Positions 13,359-26,648 of a stretch of 64,000 nucleotides of DNA are shown here, in pieces. Source of the stretch: Podarcis cretensis (Eukaryota); NCBI GenBank assembly GCA_951804945.1, contig OX638152.1, positions 46,872,001-46,936,000 on the forward strand, in the 5' to 3' direction. The first letter of the stretch is position 1. The number at the start of each line of letters is the position of its first letter. Under the pieces are notes generated by a model. It was not told where the DNA came from. It saw nothing but the letters and a program-made list of their open reading frames with translations, and did not search any database. The position numbers and the translations under genes are program-made.

Positions 13359-13789
13359 TTTAAGCAATAAGCTCTGATTTTCATTGGGTGTTATTGGGTT
13401 GTTGTTGCTTCTTTAAAACATACAGAAAACCCTTTCTAACCTGCAGTGACACTATATATATTTGTAGCTAACCCACACTAACAAGACATCACCAGATGAT
13501 TGTTTTTAACTGCAGTTTTTAAAATCAGGAATTATTAGGGGAGGCACAACATGCCCGCCCCCAATATTCTCTAGCTTCACTTAAGTCTCTTCCTTCACTC
13601 AAAGTTCCTCCAATGATCTGCTTTAGGAGGAATCTGCAAATTATTTCCGAATTTTGTTTTAGGAGGCATCTGTTGACAATATAGGGATGTACAGAATGCC
13701 TCCTGGAATTTTTTTACAGGCCTGTCAAAACTCTCTTTTTGCCTGCCATCTGTATTAAGACCAGTGCTTTTAAACTTTTCTGTAAATGA

Positions 13790-14705
13790 TCTGAAGTCAG
13801 GAGTGAGCAGTGTTGTGGAAATGACACCATATAATTCAAGGATTAAACAATAAGGGATCAAGAGGAGCTTCAAAAGGATCTTTCCAAACTGTGTGAATGA
13901 GTATTAAATTGCTAAATGAGTTTCAGTGAAAGTGTAAAGTGATGCACCCTGGAGCAAATAAAACTCCCAAAACTCACATATACACTGAAAGGGCCTAATT
14001 TGGTGGTGACTGACTAGAAAAGATCTTGGAATCATGGTGGATAACTTAATGAAAATTTCAAATAAGTAGCTGTGAAAACGTGAATTCCATGTCATGGATT
14101 ATAAGGAAAGGGATAAATAAAATAAAATAAATCTGATAATATTACAATGCCTTTATACAAATTACGATGAAGCAGTTATTTGATTACTAAATACAGTTCT
14201 GGTTTCTGCAAAAAAAAAATTGTAGAACTGGAAAATGTGCAGAAACAGGCAACCAAAATTATCAAGGAGCTTTAGCAACTGCCCCATCAGAAAAGGTTAC
14301 AATGTGTTCTTTACTTTGGGCTGGGGGAAGCATCATAACAGATGTTTTTAAAAGTATGTATAGTAAGGATAAAGCAGATTGAAAGACAATTTTCTCCCTC
14401 TTCATAATATTAGAACCCAATACCAACCAATAAAGCTGAAGGATAGAAGATGCAACACCAGCCTAGATTGCTTTAAAATGGAGTTGACACATTCACAGGG
14501 CATAATTGTAGGAACGGGTACAGCCATAATGAATCATAATGAATGTGGCTGCCTTCAGGATCAGAGGTACTGTGCCTCATCAGTCACTAGGGAAATGCAG
14601 GAGAGGGCTATTGTGCTCATATCCTATCTGTGGGCATCTGGTTGGCCACTATGGAAACTGGAGTAGATAGGTCTTTGCTCTTATCCAACAGGGCTCTTTT
14701 AACGT
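13790..14705 (+). mobile_element. CR1 LINE 3' fragment, old
   Basis: Decayed RT C-terminal motifs (aagtgtaaagtgatgcac = KCKVMH; gaaaagatcttggaatcatggtgg = EKDLGIMV) and CR1-type 3' UTR. Confidence 0.75.
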
Positions 14706-17700
14706 TCCCTTAAAATTTGAGCACAAGGATGAGCAGCAAATTTGGTTTAAATCTGGCTTTAGGAAACTTCAGATCTAATTTTGTCACAGATCAGCTGTGC
14801 CTTTTTCAAACAGGATGAAACAGGCTCCAAGCAGGTGTCCATTTCATACAATACAGCGCACTCTATTTTCCAATAGCTTGTTTGAATTCCCATGCTGTCT
14901 GTCAGCTGCAATTTTTTCCTCCTGCTGAAAGCAGCAGTAAGCATTTTATCTAGAACAAAATCCACTATTTGAAAAAGCTGAATTCTCTATTTTCCATAAA
15001 AATTTCAAGGTGCTGAAGCAATCAAAAAGTTATAAATAAAAGAGGAAGTGGGGGTTAGACTCACAAGTTTGTTCCTGGACCTTAGTATTACCAGATGTTT
15101 TTGCAGGTAAAAAAAGAGATGAATGTCATTCTTATTCACATTTAGCATTCTGTTTCTTGAAGCTAACAAGCTCATGAAACAGTAATAGGCATCTATACTG
15201 CACTCTTTTAAATACTAGTCTTTTTCTTCAGGTGCAGTTATCTTCTAGTGGTTCTACTTGAAAGAATTGATTTTATACACCTCAGCTTCAAATATGAAGA
15301 CTCTGGCCTTAAATGGATGCTATGTTGCAACATAATTTATCATGACAGTAAGAAGACATGAAAACCACTGATATGTCTATGATTCTACAAAGCTGGGAAC
15401 CATATTACATCAGAATACAGGCAGGGTATGTTCATACCTATATTCCGAGAAAGAGACCCATGGGCTGCACTACTGAACATTACTGAAAACCGAACCTCAG
15501 AGTTACAACATGTTCTACCATTTCAGAAGGGCATAGATAAATTAGTTGACAGGGTTCATTTGCATTGGTTTTTGTGACCTATTTCTGCATAAGAAGTGGG
15601 CAACCTTTTTGTTCTTGAGAACCGAGTTATCTGTGACGCGACTGGTCAGTTAGCGAAGTATTTTTATTTATTGATTTAGGGGGGAGCAACTGCCCCCCCG
15701 GGCTACGCCCATGAGTGAGGGTGCACATGCAAGCGGTAAGTGGAACAAACACTGGTGATGGAAAAAGCCAAAGATAAAAGTGTTCTGGATGAACTAATCT
15801 GGAATGCATATGACCTTGTTTAAATTTTTGCCTTGGCTTCTTCAGATTAGAATTTCCAGTCCTACATGGTCTATGCAGAAATTAGTCCTGCTTGATTTGA
15901 TGGGTTACTCTCAAATAAGTAGAAAGAAGTTATTTTTTGTGTGTTTTTGCTTTAAAAAGTACAATGGGTCGATTCTGCTACTTTTCTGGAAAGCAAGTGG
16001 AAATAATCCCTTTCTACTTTAGTGTGCTATATAAACACATACACAGCAGAAGCCTGCTTATTTGTTCTCAGAACCCCTCCCTCCCAGCCATAAAACCAGG
16101 AAACAAGTAAAACAAAAATTAAAGTATTTTTATCAAATAAAATGTTGCTTCTTCCAATTTTTTTGAAACCACATGGGGTTGAGAGGCAAAAAGCCAGGAA
16201 AAATAAGGTGGAAACCAAACTGAAAGGAAGGGACTCGGGATAAGTATGGAACAGCTTCAGGTGGTGTCAAGGGCCACATAAACTGAGGTCCAAGTCAAAG
16301 GTTTCCCACCTGTGCTATACTTTCACACATGCACAGTGTACTATTAAGCTGCTGGAATCTAGAGGGAAATAAATCTTACGATCACAAATTATTTTATGGT
16401 CCTTCAAATTCTGGCCTTGGTTGCACATGTTTTGCAGTCTCCAAGGTGCTGGATGAAGCTCCTGGTTTTGGATAGGCTGAGACTGAAAGCACCTCATAAT
16501 CTATGGCTGTCATAGGAGAGGTCTGACAGAGCCCAATGTGAATTATGTTTTATTGAATTCAGTGCTACATACACATGGGGATGTGTGTGTATAAACCTGT
16601 AAATTTCAGTTTATCTCAAAATGAATCTATCTTTCATAGAACTTCCACAGCAAAAGAAAGACAAAAAGCTTTATTTTCACTTTAGCGATTGCTGCCCCCC
16701 CTACTTTGTTTTAATAGCTTAATGCAACTTCAATTTTTTGTCTGCGTTTCGCTATTTAATGTGGTAGACATATTTACGAGGTGACAATATGCCATAATTG
16801 CAGTCTGAATATTTTAGTGAGTCTTTTATACAATTAGATCCCCAATGTACTATAAAGACACAAAAGACAAATGAAAGAGTAATAGAGCCTTGTATTTAAC
16901 CCTAGCCCTAGCCACAAGTGACAAGGAAGTGTGTGCAGGTAAGTGAGCAGGCTGGTGGAAGAAGGAAGGGGTGCTTCACCCGTCATCTACATCCAGCATA
17001 GAACCAAGTCTCCTGCCAGAGGAAATATGCTCCTTCTTCTTTTGGCTCATTTAAAAAGCTGCAGTGATGTGCTTTAGGTTGAAATGCTGCTTATTATCAT
17101 CATAAACAGGAAGACTCATAAAACAATGCCCACACATAACATTTTCATTCTGCCAGAAGTTCTGACTATATCTATGTTAGCAGTGGTCAGATTTTTGTTC
17201 TTTCTGTTTTATATCTGGGCCATACTATGCTTTAAAATAGACTGGCCCTCCTTTGGTCAAGGGTGAATTTTTTAAAAATGGGAAATTGTAGCAGCGTAAA
17301 AGTTGAAACAAGGACAAACACCTGTTACTTTGGGACTCTTGCCAGACAAGTTGCGGTTAAATTGTGGTATAACATGTTTAGCATTGTTATCTAAAAGACT
17401 GCTAGTGGCATCTGTGAAATGTTTTAATGATTTGGCTACGCAAGAGAGTCTACTTCTTAATCACTGCACTGGCATTAGCCACAGGAAGCAATGACATCAG
17501 CAATGGTGACAAGGACTGGCACACGTTACCTTTCTTCCCTGCCTTGTCATTGCAATGTCAGTGGCCAAGTAAATGAACCACAATAATGTCCTCTGGAGAA
17601 TAAATCAGGGTTGCACCTGAAAGTAGTAATATAGAACACACAAGCACATAGCACAAGGGAGGGAAATCTGTCCTTTTAATTATTATTTTTTAAGCATTCA

Positions 17701-18907
17701 TTTTACTGTGCAGGCAGTGTGGCAGACTTCATTTAGTGGAAATAAGGTGTTCATGGCTTAATATGAGCTCTGAGAAGGGGACCTGCTAGATTTTGTATCT
17801 CATAAAAATGGTAATGCAACAATTAGCAGGGTCATATTATAAAGCACAGATTTTACTCTAGCTTAATGGATCTAGGGATACACATTCATCAGCAAGGATG
17901 GATTTCGCATAAAACGACATGTAAATGAATTGATGACTGATCATAAATTAATTTTAGTGCTGAAGATGTAATGGAGGCACAGCAAGATGCCACTTTATCA
18001 TAGTATTTTACTGCTCAGCAACATTTGAACAACTACTTAATGTTCTATGTGCATGCTAACAGCTTGAATAAATTTGACAAAATTTTGTGCCTTTCAGCAA
18101 TATGGAGGAGAGAAAAAGATTGCAGGGAAAGATTGAAATTTCAAACAGAAATAAATTTGGCTAAGTGGCATAAATTCATTTTTCATTAATGTTTATAAAT
18201 GCTTTGATGATGTTTGCATCTATAAAAAATGTCAAACTTATATATTGCTTGCATTTTGTTCATTATAATGTTCTGGAAAGGAAACAAGTATATAAAATAT
18301 AGATTCCACCTTATGTTTAAATGTTTAATTTTAATTGGGATACTGTTATTCATGTATGATAGTCAGTTTAGATCAAGGTCTAATTACCCAGTATTAGTAG
18401 TGCCTTTTTTTATTCTTGTATTAATCTTTTAGCATATTTCCCAAAGTCTGTTGGCTTCCATGTATGAAACTCCCCATATTTGCTTCCGTAGTAATTACAG
18501 CAAAGATTTCATGTTATCGTATCCAGTAGTACAACGTCCACAGAATCTATGTTACATTGTGCTTAATGCATGTCCCAATATGTCTTTATTAAGGGGGAAA
18601 AAGATTTTATAAAACTTTTGATACTTATACTGGATCTCCTATTTATAATGGTCTTAAACAGATCATAAGACAAGGACATAGCCTGCTTCCTCCACAACCC
18701 GAAAAACCGTGATGTGGGGGGAAATGGAAGTCCTTCTGCCCAGCAGAGTGGCAGAAGGAATCTTTTTGCCTCCAGAAGGAATTGTTCTTTATGGACATGG
18801 GTTATTAGAATCTTAATGCCCACCTTCAACTTCTTCTCTGGCCTCTGTATCTACACTTCTGAAATATAGGTAGGGAAAAACAGACAGTGATAATCTTTGA
18901 TCTTAAG

Positions 18908-19095
18908 GGAAGGGGTTTAGCTTAGAAGTAGAGCACATGCTTTGAGCAGAAATTGTCCCAGGTTCAATCCCTGATATCTCCAAATGGAAATATAGTCCTG
19001 TCGTAAACCCCATAGAACCTCTGTTGCCAATATAGGTAATATTGAGCTAGATGGAGGAATGGTTTGATTTGTTTTAAGGCAACTTCCTATGTTCT
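18908..19095 (+). mobile_element. tRNA-derived SINE (squamate type)
   Basis: A-box-like tagcttagaagtagagc, B-box ggttcaatccc, tail gagctagatgga...aaggcaacttcctatgttc; reverse copy at 31262-31420. Confidence 0.75.
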
Positions 19096-21329
19096 ATTTT
19101 GCCTACCATATTCTTCAGCAAATAAATAAATGCTGAACTTTGATGCATTTGAATTATCAGAGACAGAAGGGTCTCTGATCTATTATGTAAATGAATAATC
19201 GCAGTGCAATGGAAAAGAAAGCATTCATATACAAGATTCAAAAAACAGAAAGTCAAATAAGCTAAATGAAGAAAATGTGTGGGATATTTCTTTGGCAACC
19301 AAGACTGGGATATTCTGAGTGTCCTCCTCCATCTAGGACCTGTCAACTTCATACTAACGGTAACAAAGAGAGTTAAGTCTTCTTTCCTAACTTGAACTTC
19401 ACCCTTTGAAAAGGTGATTCAGAATCATGTTTGCTTTCTTTTATGATCACTACTTCTACCACTAATGAAAACAAGACACTGATTATGCTTTCCTACAGAA
19501 AGCATAAGGAGGCAGAAAAGGATACATAAGAAGATATGCAAATCCATTTGGTGTTGGCCTAATTTTTTCGCCCCTATCACTTTGTTCCCTAAGGGTTTGG
19601 CACAATAACAAAGTATTAGCATTTTAAAAATAATGACGTAGGCAACTGAAGGCTTCAGTGAGCAGTGTTGGTTTTTAAAAACCAGAATTTGTAATCAATA
19701 TACTTGTACATTGCTAGGAAGAAAAGAGACAGCGACTTATAGAAAAGCAAATATGCAAATCATGCACGCGTACACACACATATAAAGACTGACATATTAA
19801 TACATATAAATGAATAGTATTTTGGTAGCAGGTTTTAAAATACATATTATCACTCTAAGACCTTCGATGGATTGCTACAGGAATGCCTCCCTAGACACAT
19901 GCAAAAATGCACAGTATTACAGCCAGAAGGAGATTATGCTAAAAATTCCAGCAAATTCAGGTAAAGTGGCTTAACATACTTGTGCACTAATAAGCCAATC
20001 TTCCAAATTCAGAGACTTAAACTTGTAACTACAAGTCTTCAGTTGGATCTGGATTTCAAATCACAGCGGTCAAGCTACAGTTCTTAAATCTTAATTAGCT
20101 TGGCAAGCAGCCTGGCCCCAGGGCATGGGGAAGGGAAACTGGAAAGTGGGAATAAAGCACCATTTCCCTTAATTCAATGACACAGAGAGGGAGAGAGGGA
20201 AATCCGAGGTACTGATGCTTCATTACTGTCATATTCCCACTCTAATTGGAAAGTGCAATGTGTTTTCATAGCTGCAGTGTTTAGATAAGGGCATAAAAAA
20301 CCCAAACTCAAAACAACTTGCAAGGCACACAGAAGGAAGGCAAGTATTAAAAGACGCTGCATTAATCTGTCTTCAGCGAACAGAAATTTCATGAAGATAT
20401 ATTCAGAAATTAGTACTGTCCCATAAAGATCAACAACTGAAGAGATGTGCAATATTTTTAATGAGCTATATAGACCATGCATGCTTGGGCTTCAATAGAC
20501 CTCAGTCAACCTAGATACAGTACGTTAAGTGCAGGTCCAACATCAGTTGAAATGAAAGTCTGCTGAAGCCTAGAATGAGGTCATGCTATTCATGTAAGAA
20601 CAGCACTTTCTCGCAAAACGGAATGGTTGTCTATCTTCTACCAACAGCAGTTTTATTATCAATTCAGGCTGGGCAAGCTTAGTTTTTTCCAGGTTGGACT
20701 TTGATTATTCTAGCTGTAACATCTCCAGACATGTGAGGAATAAGAAACAGTCAAGCAAAAGATGTTCGATTAATTAAATGGGATTTGGCTGAAAGGGAAG
20801 AATGATTAAATATGTAGTGGGCACAAAATAAAGGTGTCACCACATAGCTGTTCTTTCATACTACAACTTGTTCTGAGGTTATTCAGAAAAAAACATCTTC
20901 TGACATTCATCACTTTTACAAAGCCCCAAAATAAAATAAAAAACATAGAAACCTTTTATAGATGTCAGCTTCTCATGTTGTTCCTGAGATACAAAGTATA
21001 TTTTTTAGTCTAGCTGCTTTTGCTGTACCCCTCTCTCCACCATACATGTAATAAACTTGCTTTCCCAGTAAAGTGAACTTTCTATGAAAGCTGGGATATA
21101 ATTGATTTTTCTTTCATGTTTTTAAAGCTTTTTAAAATTCATGAATTTTCTTATCATTTGCAGCAAAGCAAAAGCATTTTCAAATCCTTTAACAGTTGTG
21201 AGCAATATTAACACAACTTTTTAAATGCCACAGAAATAGAGCAGAATAGAATACCCTTAAACATTATTTTATTTAGAACATATTTTACATCTTTACTAAG
21301 CCGGTTCATTCTTAATTTTGTTTGCCTAC

Positions 21330-21544
21330 CTGTCACTGAGCTGTCTAGATTGTCCATGCTAGAGCCTGGAGTATGCTCTAGTCCTCTCAGTGGTCTTGTG
21401 ATTTCTAAAGCTTCTTCAATATCATCCTCATCCTCATCTTCATCCTCTGGAATATCTGTTTCCAAATCTGATATTAGAGATCCAGACACATATCCTAATG
21501 GTGGAAGTGGAGTCTGGGGTGGCTGAGTATTGCTTTGAATGTGC
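21330..21544 (-). CDS. ROBO2: ROBO2 intracellular exon (215 nt)
   Basis: ctctag | (W)[71 protein letters not shown] | gtaggc; phase 2-1. Confidence 0.96.
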
Positions 21545-21669
21545 CTAGAGCAAAAGGGAGAAGGCAAAAGGGGAAAGCACTTTAAAAAGCTAGAAACATG
21601 ATCCAGTCATAAGCCATATACTGCACTTTGCTGGGAATAAGTCTCATTTAACTCAGTGGGACTTAAGAG

Positions 21670-22350
21670 GTTTTAGGGGAGGGGTAGTACCTCTGGTGGG
21701 GAACATGCCACGCTCCTTCTGGAGTAGTTTGCTCACCTTTGGTCCCCACCCTGCACGCAACTCTCACCTGTGGTTCCTAGAAGCTGTCAGTCTGTGGCAG
21801 CAGCCAAATCCCAAGAAGGGCTTTAACTGGCTGGCTAAACCAGGTGAGGGTAGCTAATGGGCCTCAAACCTTTGCTGAGTTAGGGACTTGCATATGAAGG
21901 CTCCAGCGGACTGAGCAGACAAGACCAGTAATGGGTTAAATGGTCAAGAAGGTAGTTTCTGCATGTGCTGTGGAGGGAAGTGAGGGGCAGATGGGGCTCA
22001 TTAATCTCAGAAGGTAGCTCATCTAGGAGAAGGAAAACTATTGACTCTAATCCTTGCAGGATATCTTCAGGAGAAGAAAAGGCAAAGGAGTAAACTCTCC
22101 ACAAATTTGGAGTGGATTTGAATGGTGCCTTGTATGCCTCCTTCAGCAACTTCTGCGGCCAAGCTGGTGCCCTGCTTTCCTTTGGACATCAGTGAGGGTT
22201 GGTTTTTTTTGCCATTTAAGTAGTCCAGGACTTCCATACATACTGTCCAGGCTTGTGCCCCAGGGAGGACACTTCAGTGCTGGTAACGCAGTAATTTGAC
22301 TTCACCCCTGGAGACACACTCCATTGTTTCTTGAGACAGACAGATGCCAA
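21670..22350 (+). mobile_element. Probable RTE-derived non-autonomous retroelement
   Basis: GC-richer block resembling recalled squamate RTE 5'/3' bipartite elements (…ttgacttcacccctggag…gagacagacagatgccaa); no intact ORF. Confidence 0.45.
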
Positions 22351-23409
22351 AAACGGAATAGGATTAAGGTGTTGAAACTCCATTTATAACAAATAGTGAG
22401 ATTTAGGGTGATGTACTTAACACTTCCACTGAAATCTCTCAGATTTCTATGTGCTTTTGCAGTCCTTTAGCCCATCATGATCACCACAAATAAGAACATC
22501 GTCAGTTTATCAGATACAGCTAACTGATACAATTTATCCAATACTGAGTGTGTAATTCCCCATCTTAAAAGCACAGATTACATAATGAGATTCATGATGT
22601 TAACTGACATCCAAAGTTGCACCTGCAGTTTGTATGCCACCACAGGAAGCGTAACAGCTGCAAGGTACAGGCTGAAAGCATGCCAGGGCATGCATCTGTG
22701 TCCTGCCTGGCACAATTATACATTTAACCTAGACCTGAATTAGCTGATGCCTGGGCTTCTGGCTTGTTACATAAACAAGCTATATCCCATGGAGGAGGTG
22801 GCCTAAGCACCCTGTTGATTGGCTGCAGCTTGCAAACGAGGTTGGAGTACTGAAAATTGTCCAAGGAAAACAGCTGGCTTTGGCATTGGCAGAAAATTCA
22901 TACAAGCCCCTTTGACCTATAATAACTCTTTCAGTGTAAGTTGTGGCCTTTGTATGTCAGGAAACATTCATTGGCACTATGCCATTTAGCAACTTTATGT
23001 CACTTAACAGCACACGGTTTCTTGTCCTGCTGAAGTTTTCTTTTACTTTTAAAATAATATTTCTACACATTAAGATGTACAAAAAGCCTGTGACATTCTA
23101 TTCTATAGTTCGAGTCTGTTTTGCTCTGTTTTTCAGTCCCCAAACAGCCTCTCTCATATAGGTGAACTACTTTGGTATCTTCTTCTTCCTTTGAATACCA
23201 AACAAGAATTTGGATTTATGCTATGAATATTTTTAAGCAACTGCTTCCATAATCTCTTTTACTCAAATACAGCAGAATTGGGAGGTTATACTTGTCAATC
23301 TTCAGCTTTCCCAGAATGGGATCTGAAAGTTTTAATTCTACAGTTTCTTTACTAATACAACCTGAAAGAGACATTAGGACTTTCCTCAAGAACAAGAGTG
23401 ATATCCAGT

Positions 23410-25380
23410 TATGACCGATTTCAAAACGTTTAAAGAAGTACTGGGTGAGATCCTGTGGTCAGAAATACTCAAAGAGAAGGAAGTCTAAGATGGTGGGAGT
23501 TTCCCAACGGTGAAATATTGAAGACACAAATGCAGACAGAACCATCAAGAAAGAAAAGTGGGAGGCATCTAAAGAAACCAGTGTGCCTGCAAAAGGAAAT
23601 TTACAGAGGAGCTGAGATGTAAGATGAGCATGTATAAGAAATGGAAGAAAGGACAAATCACAAAGTAGCCAACAGCCGGATGACAAGAGAGAAGGCAGAA
23701 CGGCTTCACACCTACTTTGCCATTGTCTTCACCCAAAAGGAAAGCGGTGCACAACCTGGTGAACACAGAATAAATGATGCAAGGAGGGAGTTGCAGCCTG
23801 CTAGGAAAATAGGTGGTAAGGGAACACCTAGTTACTTTAAGTGAACTCAAATCTCCAGCACCTGATGAGCTGCATACAAGGGTACTAAAGGAGCTTGCAG
23901 ATGTTGTATCAGAAACTCTGTCTATAATCTTTTAGAATTCTGGGAGAACAGGTGAGGTCCCTGCAGACTGGAGGTGGTCATATGTTCCCATCTTCAAAAA
24001 AGAATTATCCAAGTACCAACCAGCCAGCTTGACAACAATTCCAAGAACAGGTCTAGAATAGATAATGGTTGGTCTGTGAGCACTTAGAAAATGATGCTGT
24101 GATTACTAAAATCCAGCATGGGTTTCTCAAAAACAAATAATGACAGATGAATCTCATTTCTTTCTTTTTCTTTCTTTGGGATAGCGTTAGAAGCTCGGTG
24201 GATCATTGGAATGCTGTGGACATAGTATTCCTTGATTTCAATGTGGGTAAATTTGTTTAGTGGCATTGTGGTGTTTATGCTTCTAACTGACAGTCCCCCA
24301 TGAAATTATTGTGGAGAAGCTGGTAAAATGTGCGCTGGACAAGTTAACTGTTAGGTGGATTCGTAGCTGGTTGACTGGCTGAACCCAAAGAGTGCTCACT
24401 AATGGTATCTCATCATCCTGGAAAAAAGTGACAAGTGGGGTGCCGCAGGGTTCTATTCTGAGACCATTGTTGTTCAACATCTTTATAAATGAATTGGATG
24501 GTGGAATTGAGGGGATGCTCATCCAATTTTCAGATGACACCAAACTGGGAGGGGTAGCTAGTACCACAAAATACAGAATCAGGATTCAAGATGATCTGAA
24601 GTGATTGGAGGACTGGGCCCAAACTATCAAAATGAATTTCAGCAGGGACTAATGTCTGGTTCTACATTTAGGCAGGAAGAACAACCTGAACAAATATAAG
24701 AAGGGGAACACCTGGCTTGCCAGTAGTACATGTGAAAAAGCTCTAGCGGTCTTAGTGGACCACAAGCTTAGCATTTGTCAACAGTGTGATGCAGCAGCAA
24801 AAGAAAAGAAAAAGCTAATGCTTTTCTAGGCTGCATGAACAGAAGTCTAGTGTCTCAATCAAGAGAAGTACAGTGGTACCTCGGGTTAAGTACTTAATTC
24901 GTTTCAGAGGTCCGTTCTTAACCTGAAGCACCACTTTAGCTAATGGGGCCTCCTGTTACCGCTGCGCTGCCGCCACACATTTTCTGTCCTCATCCTGAAG
25001 CAAAGTTCTTAACCCGAGGTACTATTTCTGGGTTAGCGGAGTCTGTAAGCTGAAGCGTATGTAACCTGAAGTACCACTGTAATAGGCCCGCTCTACTCTG
25101 CCTTGTAAAGAGGAGAATGAGATGAGATATGATCGTCATCCTCAAATATTTAAAGGGCTGTCACAAGGAAAATGTACCAGGCTTGTTTTCTTCTGCTCTT
25201 GAGGCTAGGACCCAAACCAATGGCTTCAAGTTGCAAGGAAGGAGATTCCAACTAAACACCAGGAAGGACTTTTTGATAGGAAGAGCTGTCTGACCATGGA
25301 ATGGACTCCCTTGGAAGGTGGTGGACTCTTTTTTCTTGGAGGTTGGATGGCCATCTGTCATGAATGCTTTAGTTGAGATT
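23410..25380 (+). mobile_element. CR1 LINE, 5'-truncated, interrupted by MITE
   Basis: RT motifs WKKVTSGVPQGSILRPLLFNIFINELD...FSDDTKLGG (ORF 24392-24604), stops and frameshifts, CR1 3' region. Confidence 0.93.
24871..25079 (+). mobile_element. Tc1/mariner (Tigger-like) MITE inside CR1
   Basis: TIRs cagtggtac...gtaccactg, TA target duplication on both sides; inverted sister copy at 48738-48979. Confidence 0.9.
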
Positions 25381-25382
25381 AA

Positions 25383-25536
25383 GGGCCTGAATAGCGCAGT
25401 TGGTTAGAGTGTGGTGCTGATAACACCAAAGTTGCAGGTTCAATCCCCGTTTGAGACAGTTGCATATTCCTGTATTGCAGTGAGTTGGATTTAGATGATC
25501 CTCAGGTTCCAACTCTACAATTCTATGATTCTATGA
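25383..25536 (+). mobile_element. tRNA(Ile)-like SINE with CR1-derived tail
   Basis: tagcgcagttggttagagtgtggtgctgataacacc...ggttcaatcccc head; tail cctgtattgcag...ttctatgattctatga. Confidence 0.8.
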
Positions 25537-26267
25537 ATGGACTTCCACTGGAGCAATGAGACCTCCTTCCTCTCCTTTCGGATGCAGCCCCCCTGCATGC
25601 TATCCAAATCTGCTCCAGAGGGCTGGGGGGACATTCCAGGACATATGTAGAAGGTTACATCAGGGAGAGAGGTAAGGAATGCCTATTCAAATGACACTGC
25701 ATTTCACCCATTGACTTGTGGGCTTTGATGGTTGTTTTTCATCAGTCAAGATAACTTGATATTATAACATTCAGAAAATGGGTGTGTTTTACTGTATGGT
25801 TACAGAAGTCTTCATTAAATTACAAGTTCCAAAAAGTACAACTTATGGTATAACAGTGCTTAGGTTCACAGCTTGTATAAGATAATTATTTTGAAGAAAA
25901 GAGATCCTCTGTGTTTTAAAAAGAAGCTAACTGAGCTAATCTTAAAATATTCCATGCATTTTTAACACATGGAATGAATTTAGGAATGAATTTAGTAAAA
26001 TATATCTCTGTTGATAACTATTCTAAAAAATACAGATTTTAAATGCCTCCATAGTTATCAATATCCAAGGAATGTTCATGGGTTCAAAATCCAGCAATGT
26101 GACATGCAAACTCTTTCCCATCAGGCTGCAAAGGAGTCAGAATCTACATCTGACAAAATCTTTTTGTTAATTAGTTACTTAAGGCACAGGCAGATCCTTC
26201 AAGATGAGAATTACGTTCTCAAGTGCTGTGGCTTCCGATGTTTTTCATTTCCCAAATAGTATCTGGG

Positions 26268-26400
26268 TCTGCCACATTTACCATGTTTGCTTTGTATCTG
26301 TGAGGACAGCATATGAGAACCTGCTAAAAAGAAAGAAAGAAAAGAGACTTCGAAAGACAGCAGTGGCTTTGTATCTGCCACATTTACCATGTTTGCTTTG
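26268..26400. repeat. 27-bp direct duplication of the exon/intron junction, offset 106 bp
   Basis: tctgccacatttaccatgtttgctttg at 26268-26294 and 26374-26400. Confidence 0.95.
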
Positions 26401-26648
26401 CTATATCAAACTGATAGGCCCTGGTAAGTTCATCAAGATGGGCTTGAAGCATAGGTTGCATCTCCTCCCGTGGAGAGGGCGTGAGCGTGGCAGTGGACTG
26501 CTGCCCAAAGGAGATTGCCGGGGAAGAGGCCACTCCTCGAACTGGAGGTGTAGGAACTCTATCATCTTCCTCTTCAAGCTCATCCTCCATTCCCTGATGC
26601 AAATATGTCTGGACTGGTAAAGGTGGGCACCAACCATCACTGTCATAC
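26388..26648 (-). CDS. ROBO2: ROBO2 intracellular exon (261 nt)
   Basis: ttctag | (G)[86 protein letters not shown](W) | gtaaat; phase 2-2. Confidence 0.97.

Noticed and set aside
19370-19465. Acceptor tgtcttgttttcattag followed by 29 open codons
   Set aside because: No convincing donor and no similarity to Robo proteins.
25383-25460. tRNA-Ile-like sequence
   Set aside because: Acceptor stem does not close and a CR1-type tail follows; it is a SINE head, not a tRNA gene.
26204-26620. 138-aa + strand ORF
   Set aside because: Antisense shadow of the ROBO2 261-nt exon.
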